Source: Phoronis australis (Eukaryota > Animalia > Phoronida). Taken from it: a stretch of 64,000 bases of DNA. Location of the stretch: the NCBI GenBank assembly GCA_002633005.1, contig NMRA01000849.1:1024-65023 (forward strand). Direction: 5' to 3'. Numbering within the stretch: position 1 is the stretch's first letter; every line of letters begins with the position of its first letter. Positions 1 to 12,559 of this stretch are shown here, in pieces. Both the position numbers and the translations under genes were made by a program. The notes under the pieces were generated by a model that made no database searches, was not told the DNA's origin, and worked only from the letters and a program-made list of their open reading frames with translations.

Positions 1-181
1 TGCGATTTCTAGTACAGGAAGTGTGTCATAGGTAACGCATCATATGTTGTTATGTAGTTGTGTGTATATATATTGTTGCGATATGTAGAATAAATCAGTT
101 CAGTGTTCAGTTCAATTCTGTTCGTTTCACTGCGTAGTTCATGGAGTGTCTATTTTATTTGACAAAGTAAGATACACAACA
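1..181 (+). repeat. Possible 3' part of an LTR
   Basis: AATAAA followed by a T-rich U5-like stretch ending ...ACACAACA; the 5' part lies outside the window. Confidence 0.3.
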
Positions 182-1148
182 GCCGCCAAGATGGCCACCA
201 AAAATGAAATCAATCATTTTCTGATTCGTCATTCCATGAGGTTTCCAAAATGTATAGTTTCCACTTTCCCCAAAAAATTACAACGAATTTCAAAATTTGG
301 ACATAGTGAACCTGACTACAGATGGCAAGTAAGCACTGCCCTCATTGGTTAATGTCTGGCTAATACTTTATGTCAGCTTCCACGGAAGCCACTAGTGGTT
401 GATAAGGTTAATTGCTCAAATTGGTCATGATTTAAACTGGTATACATGCTTAATTACATGCAAAGTCTGTTAAAATATATAAACCCTGGTTATAATTTAA
501 CCTCGCAGTGGTAAATACAGAACGGTGTGTCTATATTTTTTATAAATTACTCAACTCAGACTTATCCCTAGGCCAAGTCTAGGCAGTATCCGACTTTCGC
601 ACCCCATTCACACGATTCAGAAGGATTCACTTTGGGATTTGTCAGTAAACTTGTGCTTTCTTACCTCACTGCATTCACAAATTATTATTTTAGATGAACT
701 TCAAATAATCATCTGTTGGTGTGCTAAGAATTTGCTTATGACGCCTCAACTCGCGCTACGCTTATACTTATTTGGTCGACTGCAAGACGAGGCTGGAAAG
801 GGCTTGTGCTTTCACAACTCCAAAAGCTATAATTGGCTGAGAAAACAACATGCATTTTCTACAGATGCTAGTAAAAGCAAAATTTGCCCGTTCAGGCGAA
901 ATAATGCATTTTCTGGGAATACTGAGAAATGCGACGATCCGGACTAGACATTCAACGGCAATAATTAAGCCTTCCTTGGAATTTAAAAAGGCCACGAGAT
1001 TTAGGCCAATTGATATTTTCCTTGTGTTTTCTGGCAATTATCCGTGATTGTACCATCACAATCAAGTATGGACTGACTAAAACCCTTGCATTCCATGAAA
1101 ATATTGGATTAAATAAAACAAAACTGACAGCAGGTGTAGCTAAAGTTA

Positions 1149-1300
1149 GGGGAGGCAGTGTAGCCTAGTGTGATAGGTGCCCGCATTCTTTACCCGAGGT
1201 CGTGGGTTCCAATCCCAGTGGGTCACACTGCTAAGCCTTTGAGTCAGGTTTCTAGCTCCTTAGCTCGGTTTTAACCACATATATTAATAATGCACAAAAA
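1149..1300 (+). mobile_element. tRNA-derived SINE
   Basis: A-box-like TAGCCTAGTG and B-box GGTTCCAATCC; no complete cloverleaf. 3' end approximate. Confidence 0.6.
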
Positions 1301-1814
1301 TGGTTCCAGGTGATCAGTACAATGGACCAACATGCGCGGCCTGCGCTCGTCTGGTACAATGTGTATGAGACCGCCTGCAATTACTTTTTTAAAAAGTTAA
1401 ATAGGATTGCATAGGTCGAAATAATGTTTCCCAATGAATTTGAAATTGGGTGGCCTTTTATTCGCATATAAGCCTCATCGGTGGCAATTTATGATATGGG
1501 CTGACTAGTTCGAAGTTCTTGAATGTTTTGTGTACGACAGACATCAGAAGTTCCATCACCAGGATTAAACACTGGGTTTGTTTTCACAAAATTATTCACT
1601 TTAATCTTACGAGGGCATTAGCAATTTGTGAGTTGGGATTTTTCTACATTAGAGGTACATATAACCATCTCTTGGACTGAAGAAGAAATTATTCGCAAGG
1701 ACAGCACCATTACCAAATCCCGAAAAACAAAGAAAGACAGTAGTATTGTGTTTATCATTATTTTAATTCATGAATTCTTATATGAAGTACAAATAACGTA
1801 ACTAATCATAATTG

Positions 1815-2352
1815 AGAATAACAGAACAGGCGTTTGTAAATAGGTATAAACGATATGAATACTTTGGGAAGACGGAATAATAGAACAGGCGTTTGGAAAT
1901 AGATATAGGCGATATGAATATTTTGGGAAGACGGAATAATAGAACAGGCGTTTGTAAATAGATATAGGCGATATGAATATTTTGGGAAGACGGAATAATA
2001 GAACAGGCATTTGGAAATAGGTATAGGTGATATGAATATTTTAGGAAGACGGAATAATAGAACAGGCGTTTGGAAATAGGTATAGGTGATATGAATATTT
2101 TAGGCAGACGGAATAATAGAACAGGCGTTTGGAAATAGGTGTAGGCGATATGAATATTTTCAGTAGACGGAATAATAGAACAGGCGTTTGGAAATAGGTA
2201 TAGGCAATATGAATATTTTGGGAAGACGGAATAATAGAACAGGCGTTTGTAAATAGTTATAGGCGATATGAATATTTCGGGAAGACAGAATAATAGAACA
2301 GGCGTTTGTAAATAGATATAGGCGATATAAATATTTTGGGAAGACGGAATAA
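1815..2352. repeat. 59-bp minisatellite, about 9 copies
   Basis: Unit GACGGAATAATAGAACAGGCGTTTGGAAATAGGTATAGGCGATATGAATATTTTGGGAA recurring every 59 nt (1871, 1930, 1989 ... 2343); no spacers. Confidence 0.95.
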
Positions 2353-2624
2353 ACTATTTTTATGCCAAATTATTTATACTTTTTCCCAAAATTTTAATGA
2401 TTTGCAATTTGCGCTGTAAAAGTGTTACTACATGCTAGTATTGGAAATTGACTGCTATTAGTAGTAGCTAAACTGAATATACGATGAATCAAGAGCAAGA
2501 TAATCCAGGAATTTTGAAGCAGAAAATGTTGTTTGCAATTGTAACACACACGAACAAATTATGAACACTTTTTTATAACAGAATACAAAATATCTGAGAA
2601 AAATGCAAGTTTTGAGTCAAAAAT

Positions 2625-2816
2625 TAATCTAATGGGAGTCACGTGCTTCACTGCACGCAAGCACTTTGGACAGTTTTACAATGCCACCGGCCTTGCGTTG
2701 AATGCTTGTGACCAGTATGCTAATCTAAAGGAAGCCACGTGCTTCTCTGCACACAAGCACTGTGAACAGTATAACCATGCCACTGGCCCTGCCTTGAATG
2801 CTTGCGACCAATATGC
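2625..2816 (+). repeat. 96-bp tandem duplication (2 copies)
   Basis: Units start at 2625 and 2721 with no indels. Confidence 0.9.
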
Positions 2817-4097
2817 ACATCTACTGTCATGATTATTCTTTATTGCATTTGAAAAAATATGCTACAGGTACCAGTATTTGCTTTATTCGTTTCATTCTAT
2901 TGAATGGGTTTGATGCAGTTTGCTGAAAAAGAACTTTCTAGTATTAATTGCAGTGGTGGTCATGGCAACTATTTGTCTACTGTCAAAACGTATTTAGTGG
3001 TTTTGACATACTAGTCTTTAGTTTTAGGTTAGCTAATGAATATCTGTATTAGCTTTAGGCAGTTTTTATGATTTTTAACGACGGTATTACCAAGTTTGGA
3101 TACGGAGGTTGCTTTGACATAAGTGTTCTGGTATATACTTGGTAGAACAATAACTTTTGCTATAGGCTATTTATATATTTTTCGAAGGTTCGTTGGTAAG
3201 TATGTGACGCGCGTAGCTTACTATACTGTTGCAATTCCTAGATACCATCGATGGCAACAGTGTACATTCAAGCTTAGCAACTGCCCTGGGGTCACTAAAA
3301 GTATTTGATCGTGGTTGCCTGTCTTACCATGACTGCCATCAAGCTTAAAAATTGATGATCTTGTTTGTGAAAATACCTGGTCACCATGGTAACGACACTC
3401 AATTCAGCTCCAAACCTCAACAATGAGTCAACCCAAGTACTTTTAGAAAGGTTTCTTGGTTCTTATTTGCCCTCAAACTTGAAGTCGGCTGAGAAATACC
3501 TAGTTACAATGGCAACGGTGCATATTTCAGCTTGCAACCACCGCCCATCCTGACTTTCGAGAATGCCTTTGCCTGCTGCTAACATGGACTTAGCAAGCTT
3601 AAAACTGTTGATTCTGGCAGTCTGACTGAACACTTCACCACTTCACCTTAAATAAAATGCATACGTGAAATTTGCACAGCCACATAGAATTCCCTTGATA
3701 TGCTGCTGCTCGAGAATTACACATAAACGTGGAATACTGAAATGCGCAACTGGTATCGACTGAAGTTACATAACAATTAAGCTCTTCACATCATGGTCAT
3801 AAATGCGTTTTTTCAAAGAAAATTGGTTCCGTTGTTCGACTATTCTTCATTTGTTGTGCAATTATCGTACTAACAGTGATTACACCATGATCATGTGACT
3901 TGAAGAGCTTTGGTCGGCCTTTAAGGTGACGAATGGAACTTGTAACCTAAGCCTGTATTAGTGTTCACGACCGTTAACCAGTGCACTTATACCTAGATCC
4001 ACTGAAATATTTTATTTGGACTTAAGCTCAAATAAATGCATCATTATTTTTTTTTAAATTTTTGGTGTCACCGTAAGTAGAATCTGATTAATTTCAG

Positions 4098-4416
4098 GAA
4101 TCCAGCCACTGAGTACAAACCGTTTGGGCCTCTCGCTGAGAAAACGCTTCTGTGTATTCGAAGCCGACTTTTAGTAACTACAGATGAAGAGATACAAACC
4201 TCTTTCTGGGCTAAAATAAAGAGAATGGGGCTAAACAAGCTTTGCGTGATACTTCACAAGACCGAAGTGAACCGTTTTTGGAGTGAAAAGATGAAGTCTT
4301 TGGGAATCATTGATGAGTTTAATGTTGACGGCTTGATACACGAAAAAGAGGATGGCCGTACGGTTGAAGAAATCAGTGCCGGAATAATCAACTGGCTGAA
4401 GCAGAGAAACATCAGT
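4098..4416 (+). CDS. CARNS1-like: Gene A, first visible coding exon of a CARNS1-like ATP-grasp ligase (5' end not identified)
   Basis: Acceptor atttcag|G at 4097/4098 and donor AGT|gtaagt at 4416/4417. Open frame NPATEYKPFGPLAEKTLLCIR...INWLKQRNIS. Same length (319 nt) and phase as the paralogous exon 25545-25863. Confidence 0.85.
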
Positions 4417-5387
4417 GTAAGTGATTAGATATTACAAATAACCAAGCCTTCAGTTGCCGTAAGTAAAACGGATAATTGTTTGTATATACCTTACAAAATA
4501 TGCGATTCTTTGTTGTCTTATAAGATATTCCTCACGTTTGACAAAGCAACGCCGAAAGCTGGAGAACGACAAATTTTGAATGTCCAGGTCCGTATCTAGA
4601 GGGGGTTCGGGGGTTGGATAGACCCCCCGCGCAAAAGGTCCAGTCCCAGCCTATCCGTTACAGATAGGATACAGATGAGCAATAACAAAATTTGTTGCAG
4701 CTACTGGTGCAACTGACTACAATTATACCTACGTTAGTAATAATTTTGGATTTGCTTTTGATTCAAAGCGCTTCACGTAATCATCGGACCGTACCCGGCC
4801 AACTTCGCCCGAGTGGTGTTTGCGTAGATGACAGGATCGTGCAGACGATTAGAAGAGACTTTATGCTTTTTCATTGAACCAGGAAGAACGCGCATGGTGG
4901 CTACACCGTAGGGTATCAAGGGAGTCTAAAAGAAAATGTCTATACATAGCTAAGATATATAGTACAAAGTGAACTCCCAAAAATAGTGCGGTTTGTTATT
5001 TGATATTGCTTGCTAGCAGGTATTTTCAAATTTGGAATTGAAAGTCTTCGTCAAATACATGTATGTTGTTCATCAGTGTCAGCTTCGATTATGAATTGAT
5101 GAATTGACATACAAGTGTGCGTTTCCGTTCATTTAAATTCAGTAAGTTCACTATTGGCAGCCGTTGTCGTTGCTCAAAAATCAGACATTTAACTATAACC
5201 GTGTTTTCTTGCACTGAAAAAACTCCAACTCATGTTCACATTTTTAGGGAAAGTAGCTCTAGGCCTAATAAAAACTTTAGTCAATGGAAAGAGACTCCTC
5301 TTGTCAATAATGTCAATGGGGCACAGCATCACAGACTTTATACGGCAACTAACTTGATGGAAGAGATTTCCAAGGTTACATGTCACT

Positions 5388-5480
5388 ATTACGAAGGTTC
5401 ACTACTCTGAAGGTCCACTACTCCGAAGGTTCGACACCTTCGAAAGTTCACTGCCTCGAATGTCCACAATTCCGAAGCCA
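5388..5480. repeat. Short imperfect tandem repeats (CCGAAGGTTCACTA-like), probably MITE subterminal repeats
   Basis: Several gaaggttcac/gaaggtccac units in a row. Confidence 0.55.
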
Positions 5481-6243
5481 GAACTCCGATATTTAACATT
5501 TTTTTTTAAATATAAGCACAGCTCCAAAAGTCGCTTTTACATTATATCCAGGTTCTCATTCACACCCTTGCATACATTCACTAGTAAGAGCGAGCTTAGA
5601 GGAGCAGGAGACACCTTTGTGCAATACTGTTATATTTTTGTGTGTTACAAAAAAGTAATGCGCAAAAATACAACTGTCCGTCGAGTAGGTGTAATCACTC
5701 ATTTAAGCACCTCTGATTTGAACGTTTAGAAGGAGGTGACGCGAGAACGTTCTAGGCCACATTACATCCAAATTCGAGTTCCGTTCATTGCGAGCAACCG
5801 TCACGACATCCTCGTTTCTGATATTATTAATTATGTTTCATCTTTGAAACGTAAGGCTGAGAGTCATCATTATATATACAGATTTTCCTTGCACCCTAAT
5901 TGAGCTGCGCCAACTGAGGGCCTTACTAAAAACTCCGTAGTGTCGACGTTTGCAAAATATCAAAGGACCAACCTCCGCGCAATGCGGGCTACGGGCCTCA
6001 TGTCTGTGCCACGAATTACTTTCCTTTCTACGGAAATAGGATGACTTGAAAACGTGAACTTGTTTGAATATGGGCCTATTTTTAAAACTGTTCGGTTGTT
6101 GGAAGCCTTAAATCTAAGCACCAGCTAACCGACGCGGATTTCAAATACCATAACCTTGCGGAAACAGGTCCTACAACATGCTTCTATCAAACCAAACATC
6201 AAATCTTCACGGTTTACGTGATATATGCAATCGCACTTTGCAG

Positions 6244-6402
6244 GCAAACGCCGGTTACTTTTTTGGCGACTTCCTGAATATGGTTGGAAGTTACGTTTGT
6301 GAACAACTAAGCATTCCGGGCGACAGCTACGAGAGTAACAAGGTGTGTTTACTGAAGGATCTCACACAGGAATACGTGCTTAGAACCCCGGAAGCCGCAA
6401 AG
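6244..6402 (+). CDS. CARNS1-like: Gene A exon (ANAGYFFGDF...KDLTQEYVLRTPEAAK)
   Basis: tttgcag| acceptor and AAG|gtgagt donor; 159 nt, phase 0/0. Paralogue at 29122-29280. Resembles the CARNS1 segment 'DGCFSYWDD...LCQELGLP...KQKSLTQ' (recalled). Confidence 0.88.
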
Positions 6403-6887
6403 GTGAGTGATCTTGAAGAGTTTTTTTTGGTTAGGTGAAAGTTACACGTTAATGTGCGAGAAGGGGAAAGGAACAACCACCGTGTTAGGGAAATATCTGG
6501 TTACTGGTGAGAAGCGAGCCAAGAGTCTGCATGAGGAGAATATTCGGATGAGTTGGTAAAAACTAGGGGATGACAACCATGGAAGACCCAGCGACGACCG
6601 GAGTGAGAGTTGGAAGATCAAAGACAAATACTCTATAAAAACATGTCACGTTACAACGTATCCCTTAAATGGAAAGTATTTAGACCTATATGTAGTCAGA
6701 GTGGCCTGAGCCATTTTTAAATAAACATGTTTGCCGTTTTTCGTGACTGCAGTTAGATTTTATATTAAATGTAAACAGTCTTTAGGCAGCCAGTATAGTT
6801 TCTCCTGAACTTGGCTGAATTGTGAGATTTCCCCTCTCTCTCATTTCGTCATGGAGATAACTCGATAACCAGTCTGTTTTCTTTCAG

Positions 6888-7106
6888 TATGGCGTACCTA
6901 GCCACTCTGTAAACATCCAGAGAGAATTACTGGCAGCGTTAGCCAAGTTAACGTTTCCTGTTGTCATGAAGCCTCTGTGTGGAAGCTGTTCGGTTGGTTG
7001 CAAAGTTCTCTACGACACGGCCAACTGTTTAAAGTTCTTCAATGAACTGACCACTGGTATATCATGTGGGACAGCAGTGTGTGAAAAACTGTCATACACT
7101 CAGTCG
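6888..7106 (+). CDS. CARNS1-like: Gene A exon with ATP-grasp FPVVMKP motif
   Basis: ttttctttcag| acceptor and TCG|gtaagg donor; 219 nt, phase 0/0. FPVVMKPxxGxxSxG ATP-binding lysine motif. Confidence 0.88.
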
Positions 7107-7594
7107 GTAAGGTTTCATTTTTGGTGCTTTGGGATGGAGGATGCGGTAAAGAACGGCAAACATTGCAGTAAAAGGCAGTTCGTTGTAAATAAGTCGGTTT
7201 CTAGCCGTGTTCATAATGTTTAGACATGCGTCTCACGGACCATCCGGGCATTCATCGTTTATAAGTTATCAATGAACTTTCTGATGGTTTCAGGCATGCT
7301 GACAAATTTTATCGAAAACTTTTTTGCGGCACGAATTATAGTCAGCAGGAAAAGTAATTATATATTTGTGCTACTTTATGACCTGTTGTCGTAGACCAGG
7401 GTAACAATCAAAACTGGGACCTTAAAACTCGCTAGATGGTGTTTGTGAAGTATAGATCCTGTACCCGCAAAACTGCGTGTATTCAATTAACCGCATAGAA
7501 CACTAATAGCCCGCTCGAAAACCCCATGGTTTTTCCTCTAATCCATCCTGATACTAAGGTGAAGGTTCAACTGAAGGCATTCTTTCTTTACCAG

Positions 7595-8290
7595 GTACTT
7601 GCAATGGAATACCTGAAAGGCGACAAATATTCAGTTGACGTGGTTATTTTGCGGGGGAAACTTGTTGGCGGCTTTGTTGTTAAGAGAGGTCCTGCCCCAC
7701 TTCCGGAATTTTGGAACACTTCTGTCATTATTCCTGGCGCCTCAGCCGAAGTGCACGCGGAACTGGTTGAAGCTTCCTATCAGTGCAGTCTAGCGGTTGG
7801 TCTTCTTCACGGGGTCTACAATGTCGAGTTAATAAGGGACCAGGGTTACGCCTCGCCAAAGTTAATCGAAATCAACCCACGTCCTGCAGGTAATAGATTG
7901 GTTACATTAATTGAAGAGGCGTACGGTAATAATCCTCAGATCATACATGCAAAGCTCCGCTGTGGCGTAGATCTTTCTCTTGATGAGATGAGGATTGAGC
8001 CGAAATCACACGTGGCTGCCTATTACTTCGATTTGGTCATGCACAAAGAGAAGTTGAAAACAGCTTACGGCCACATGTTATCAAACGCAAAGGAATACGG
8101 TGTCAGTATGCTGAGCCCAGGACTGCAAACTACGACGCAAATGATGTTCGAAAACTCCAAATCCATGCGCCCGATTCTCATAGCGATGACGCCAGACGAG
8201 TCACGGTGTGGAGCGATCAATAAATTGTGTCGGTTTCTCATTGATTCAAAGTACTTCAACCACATGGAAGTAGCATTGATGCGGTTTTAA
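7595..8290 (+). CDS. CARNS1-like: Gene A terminal exon, ATP-grasp catalytic core
   Basis: ttctttaccag| acceptor. MEYLKG..YSVDVV, GVYNVEL and PKLIEINPR motifs are colinear with CARNS1 'MEFVEGTEHDVDLV...GVFNVEL...PRLIEINPRMGG' (recalled). Stop TAA ends at 8290. Confidence 0.9.
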   Translation, partial: VLAMEYLKGDKYSVDVVILRGKLVGGFVVKRGPAPLPEFWNTSVIIPGASAEVHAELVEASYQCSLAVGLLHGVYNVELIRDQGYASPKLIEINPRPAGNRLVTLIEEAYGNNPQIIHAKLRCGVDLSLDEMRIEPKSHVAAYYFDLVMHKEKLKTAYGHMLSNAKEYGVSMLSPGLQTTTQMMFENSKSMRPILIAMTPDESRCGAINKLCRFLIDSKYFNHMEVALMRF

Positions 8291-8352
8291 ATGAGTGAAT
8301 TTATACAATTTTAACGGTTTACCTGTAAAGTGTTACGGATTTCACGGCCATA

Positions 8353-8358
8353 AATAAA
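8353..8358 (+). terminator. Candidate polyadenylation signal of gene A
   Basis: AATAAA about 60 nt after the stop codon, followed by T-rich sequence. Confidence 0.45.
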
Positions 8359-9390
8359 TATATCAAACTACTTCTTGGTTAAAAAATATATTTTGTAATT
8401 AGCTTTTCCCCATAGAGTTCTCCCGGCCGTGTGTTTATCTTAGCAATTATTTTTTGGAGTGCTGAAAAGTCCTTGTTTTTCAATATCATACAGGTAACGT
8501 TCACATTGCAGGCCTATTTTTGAATGATTCATAAGTAGCTTAGTTTCGTACTGGAAAGTCGTTAATATATGAGTTATCACTGAAGCGACGTCAAAATGAT
8601 GTAACTGCATGGTCGCATTCTAGTCTGGTGGGAAGCGAAGCCTTTTTTCGGGAAAAACATATAAATAAATAGTGGAAACAGCCGATGTTTCACTGTTGTC
8701 TTTTACTCACTGAACAAGGAGGGCCCAGCCTCATTTTGAGACACCTTCCATTGAGCACGATTGAGTAGCTTCGACGGGTCAACCGGCCAAGACATTACAT
8801 TGGTTCTTCAAGAGGCCAATCAGATGCCTTAGACGGTTGAGACGACAGAAGCCAATAAAGTGCAGTCATTGAAAAAATACGATAGAGTGCGTACAAAATG
8901 GTAATTGGTTGCTCAATCTCTGTACTCGTACGACGAAAAATAATGGAGTACGCTGGAGTTTCCAAACTTCAACTCAACTGTTAGGCACTCCATCCATGAC
9001 CGCCAACAACAAGGTCATTTTCTATTCCCTGTGCACAGTTTTGAAGCAGTTGCGTACGAAACGATCCCCAAATGACGTCAGCTTCTGAGCAGCTTCTGGA
9101 ACGATTTTGCAGCAGCGCAATTTGGATGAACCAAACTGTTACGTAACAGCGCTGCTATACTCGATTTAGACGCATGTGCCTCTGTAATACGCATGTGCAC
9201 TACCACGTGAGGGTCGAAGAGGTAGCGCGACTGCTTCGTCAATTTCGTAAATGCTGAATTGCGAATCTGTTTATCTCCATACACCAGCTTGGTCTCTTCA
9301 ACCTTTGTGCAGACTTTGGTGATATCGCCACTTAAAAACTAGCGTTCCGCCGAAGAAATAATTTTAGACCTAGACTCTATGTGGCTTTAA

Positions 9391-9939
9391 AGTGGCACGG
9401 AACGCGAAAACTCTAAAAAATACCTTTTAAACAGATCGTGGCGAATCTACCTCGTGAGGATGCTTACGTGAGAGTTATTTGCTTTGAATATTGCAAGAAG
9501 TGTCAGAAACACTATTTCTGAAACAGACAAAATAAAAACGCTTTCTTCCCAATACAGGTTTTCGATAATAAATATGCGCTCATGGGCTCAAAGAAGTCGG
9601 ACTGGCTGCTGCTTGAACTCGCCATTGTTTATTTACATCAAAGATCAAAGACCACATTTCAGTTCTATATGAGGTAAATGTGGTAGGTCTATGTTTTGCC
9701 ATACCAAATAAGCAAAGGTGCTTTGCGGTGTAAGTGAAAAACTCAATGAAATGGCGAGCAGTTGACATATCTTTTTTGAAATTTAAAGTTTAAGAAAAAT
9801 CCTTTGACATCAACGGTTATTCAAAACCTTTACGAAACCGTAAATTAAAATACCAGGTGAACAATTTGACTTCTTTTTCAGTGCCAGAGAAATTCTACAG
9901 ATACTTCAATTCAGTCTGTTTTTCACGTTCTATGCCACT
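9391..9939. mobile_element. Kolobok-like non-autonomous element (MITE)
   Basis: TTAA flanks (9387-9390, 9940-9943); 20-bp TIRs AGTGGCACGGAACGCGAAAA / TTTTCACGTTCTATGCCACT. Confidence 0.8.
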
Positions 9940-10779
9940 TTAAAATTGGTCTCAACTTGTCTTGCAAAGAACTGACAATTCGTTATTGCTCAAGACCATG
10001 TTCGGCGAATAAAATAACACGCCGTGACAAGTCAACGCGTAGAGCCTGGTCTTGAACAATGAGAAACTGTGAGCTCTTTCCAAGCCCAGGAATCACATCT
10101 GTGTTGACTAAGGAACAAATTGAGATGAAATTTACTAATGTAAGTGTTCTAAGTCAAAAGCTGATTTTGTGAAATAAAGCGGGTTTATAGTCTCCCTATC
10201 CCTTGCAAGTGTGAAAGGAGCTTATACGTTGGTGCAAAATTCACGATAAGTCAAATGACGCAATAGATGCAAGTATGGGTGACACTCGTTTTTGTCTTCT
10301 TCAACTGGCAGGAATCGAATTCAGGACAAAGGGCTCCGAAATACATGTTAAGCAAGCAGCTATTTCGAAAACATGGTTTGATGTAGCTGTGGCCCTAGAG
10401 GTCAGTGTGTCACCAATTACACCAATGAGAGGGTTGGCGATAGCCATCAGATTCACGCAAACAGACGGTGGTTTTTCTTTGGCTACCCCGGAGGCTCGTT
10501 ATCAAACAAATGTCACAAATGCGATATCCTTATTGGCGTTTTCTAATGCCGAGTTTAACTTCAATTATTGTACATTATGCTTTTCGTAATAAGAATTCTG
10601 AAAAATGCGATAAGTTTAGTGGCTCATGCAACCACTCAACTTGACCAGAAGCTGTTCCAGTTAAATGTAAGCACGTCAAAGCTGTTGCGTCTTGTACTTT
10701 TCTCATTAACTTTGTGCCTATGACATGCAGAAAGCTGAGTCGATGCCGCGGAAACATACATCATAGACCTGCCATGTTT

Positions 10780-10965
10780 TTAAGCACAGCCCCAAGTTTT
10801 CATTAATTCTCTTAATACAATACATTGCCCAGTGAAAACGAGCTCACTGGAGTGGGTGACACTTTAGTTCAATGCTCGATTGTCTGCTAGTAAAGCCATG
10901 ATTCGAACCCCGGTCTCCAAACAGGAGTCCGGAGCTCGAGTCCCGATAGCACTGCCTACACCAAG
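10780..10965 (-). mobile_element. tRNA-derived SINE
   Basis: Minus strand reads TGGTGTAGGCAGTG...GGGGTTCGAATC (A/B boxes). Body boundary approximate. Confidence 0.5.
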
Positions 10966-12412
10966 GAGAGTGATCACTGGTACTTCTTATGTTTCCTATG
11001 TTTATGTACAGGTAGAAGTGACCACAGCTCTTGTGAATCCATGAATTGGTGTTTTCCTTACGTATATGGGACTCACTGTTTAAAAGAATGCAGGTTGTGT
11101 ATTATTATGAAATAAAGAGTGGGTAAGCAGAACAGCTCTAGATGTTACTAACAAGGTGTGAAAATTCGAACAAGAATTAACTAAAGATGTCGATTCGGCG
11201 GTGAATAACATAATGAGTGAAATTAAACAATGTGCAAGTGGTGTTAAGAAACGTGTGACAATCCTTTGTAGTTACGGGCTTAAGAAACATTGGTAAAGAC
11301 AAACTTCGAAACAATACAAACAATAACTTGCAGTTTGAGGATGTGTTTATAACTCAATACGTCCAGTCTAGAAATGAATGCAACCATGTAAGCGGAAGAA
11401 TGAGAAAGCTGTGCCCGGTGGCCTGTAGCAACACCAAATTGCGACTCAACCAAGGTCTCTAAATCTTTTACGCATTTCTTTCGGTTTTTACTCAGATATG
11501 TAATATTTTTTCTATCATTTCATCTTTATTATCGGCTCCTCTTATACTCGTTACATATTCTAATAATACAACTAAGAACTGAGCCCTTAGTTCGGTCATA
11601 GGGACTTAGTCTTTAAATCAGAGGCGTTGCATGAAAATTTCTCTAGTGTATTTCAAGAATATGGATATTTCAACGTAGAATTCAGTCTCAATTTGTAATA
11701 AAGCCAAAACTTAGTTATGAGATTCAAACAGCATAAGAAAGAACTGTCAATGTTTTCATAACACCACAAATACGCTGCATTATCGTAAAACTGAAGAAGC
11801 TACAGAGAGAAAAGACAGAACACAATTTTGGCGCTTTTTAAAGTGAGAAAATCATGTGTGACGTCAGGCATTAAACTAGGCTAATGAGCAAACCATTTTG
11901 AATCACACTATACCACTGGCGAGGAGTAACAAGCGTTTTGTGTGTTTAGAGCAAAAAAAAATCGCAAGTCTAAAACTACATTACACAGCTATGTTCCCCC
12001 GTGTGTATTTCACGGAAGAATGATTCGAATTAATCACCAAACAGACCCAAACTCCCGCGATCGACCATGGTACTAAATTGGCCTACCGAACTCTGTAGGC
12101 TACGGTGCGTTCAAATACCTAGAAATCCGTAACAGTGAAATAAAACCACGTTTGTTCAAGAACTTGGTGTATTTGTAAAGGGTTTACATTGAAATTTGAT
12201 GATTTATTGGTGTAAAACGATGAATTCAAGCGATAAGTTCAATTTGACACAATTAAGCGTGTTGTGAACGGCTGAACATACAGCGTTCGAACCGATCACG
12301 TCATTGGTTAATTTCAACACCTCCGTCTGCCGTTAGGTGTCAGGTAAAACAACTGAACTTGCTGTTAAATTGATTCAAAATAGGTTGTTCTTTGGGTGGC
12401 ATTCTCCTTTAA

Positions 12413-12532
12413 ATTACTATTACTACTATTATTACTATTATTATTAGACTACTACTATTACTGCTATTACTACTATCACTACTGTTACTCGTAATCGTAA
12501 TCGTTATTTTTATTATTATTATTATTATTATC
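12413..12532. repeat. (ACT/ATT)n microsatellite
   Basis: Visible trinucleotide runs. Confidence 0.9.
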
Positions 12533-12559
12533 ATGAATATTTTATTTAACGAGGACAAA

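Noticed and set aside
1149-1230. tRNA gene
   Set aside because: A/B boxes are present but there is no convincing cloverleaf or acceptor stem; a SINE head fits better.
1815-2352. CRISPR-like regular array
   Set aside because: Units are contiguous and similar along their whole length. There are no unique spacers or cas genes, and the context is eukaryotic.
3123-3308. Candidate upstream exon for gene A (donor ggtaagt near 3196)
   Set aside because: In the open frame the donor is phase 1, while exon 4098 needs phase 2, and there is no paralogous sequence upstream of gene B.
7526-7594. ORF-track N-terminus MVFPLIHPD... of the 254-aa ORF
   Set aside because: Intronic: it precedes the acceptor at 7594 and is not conserved as an open frame in gene B.
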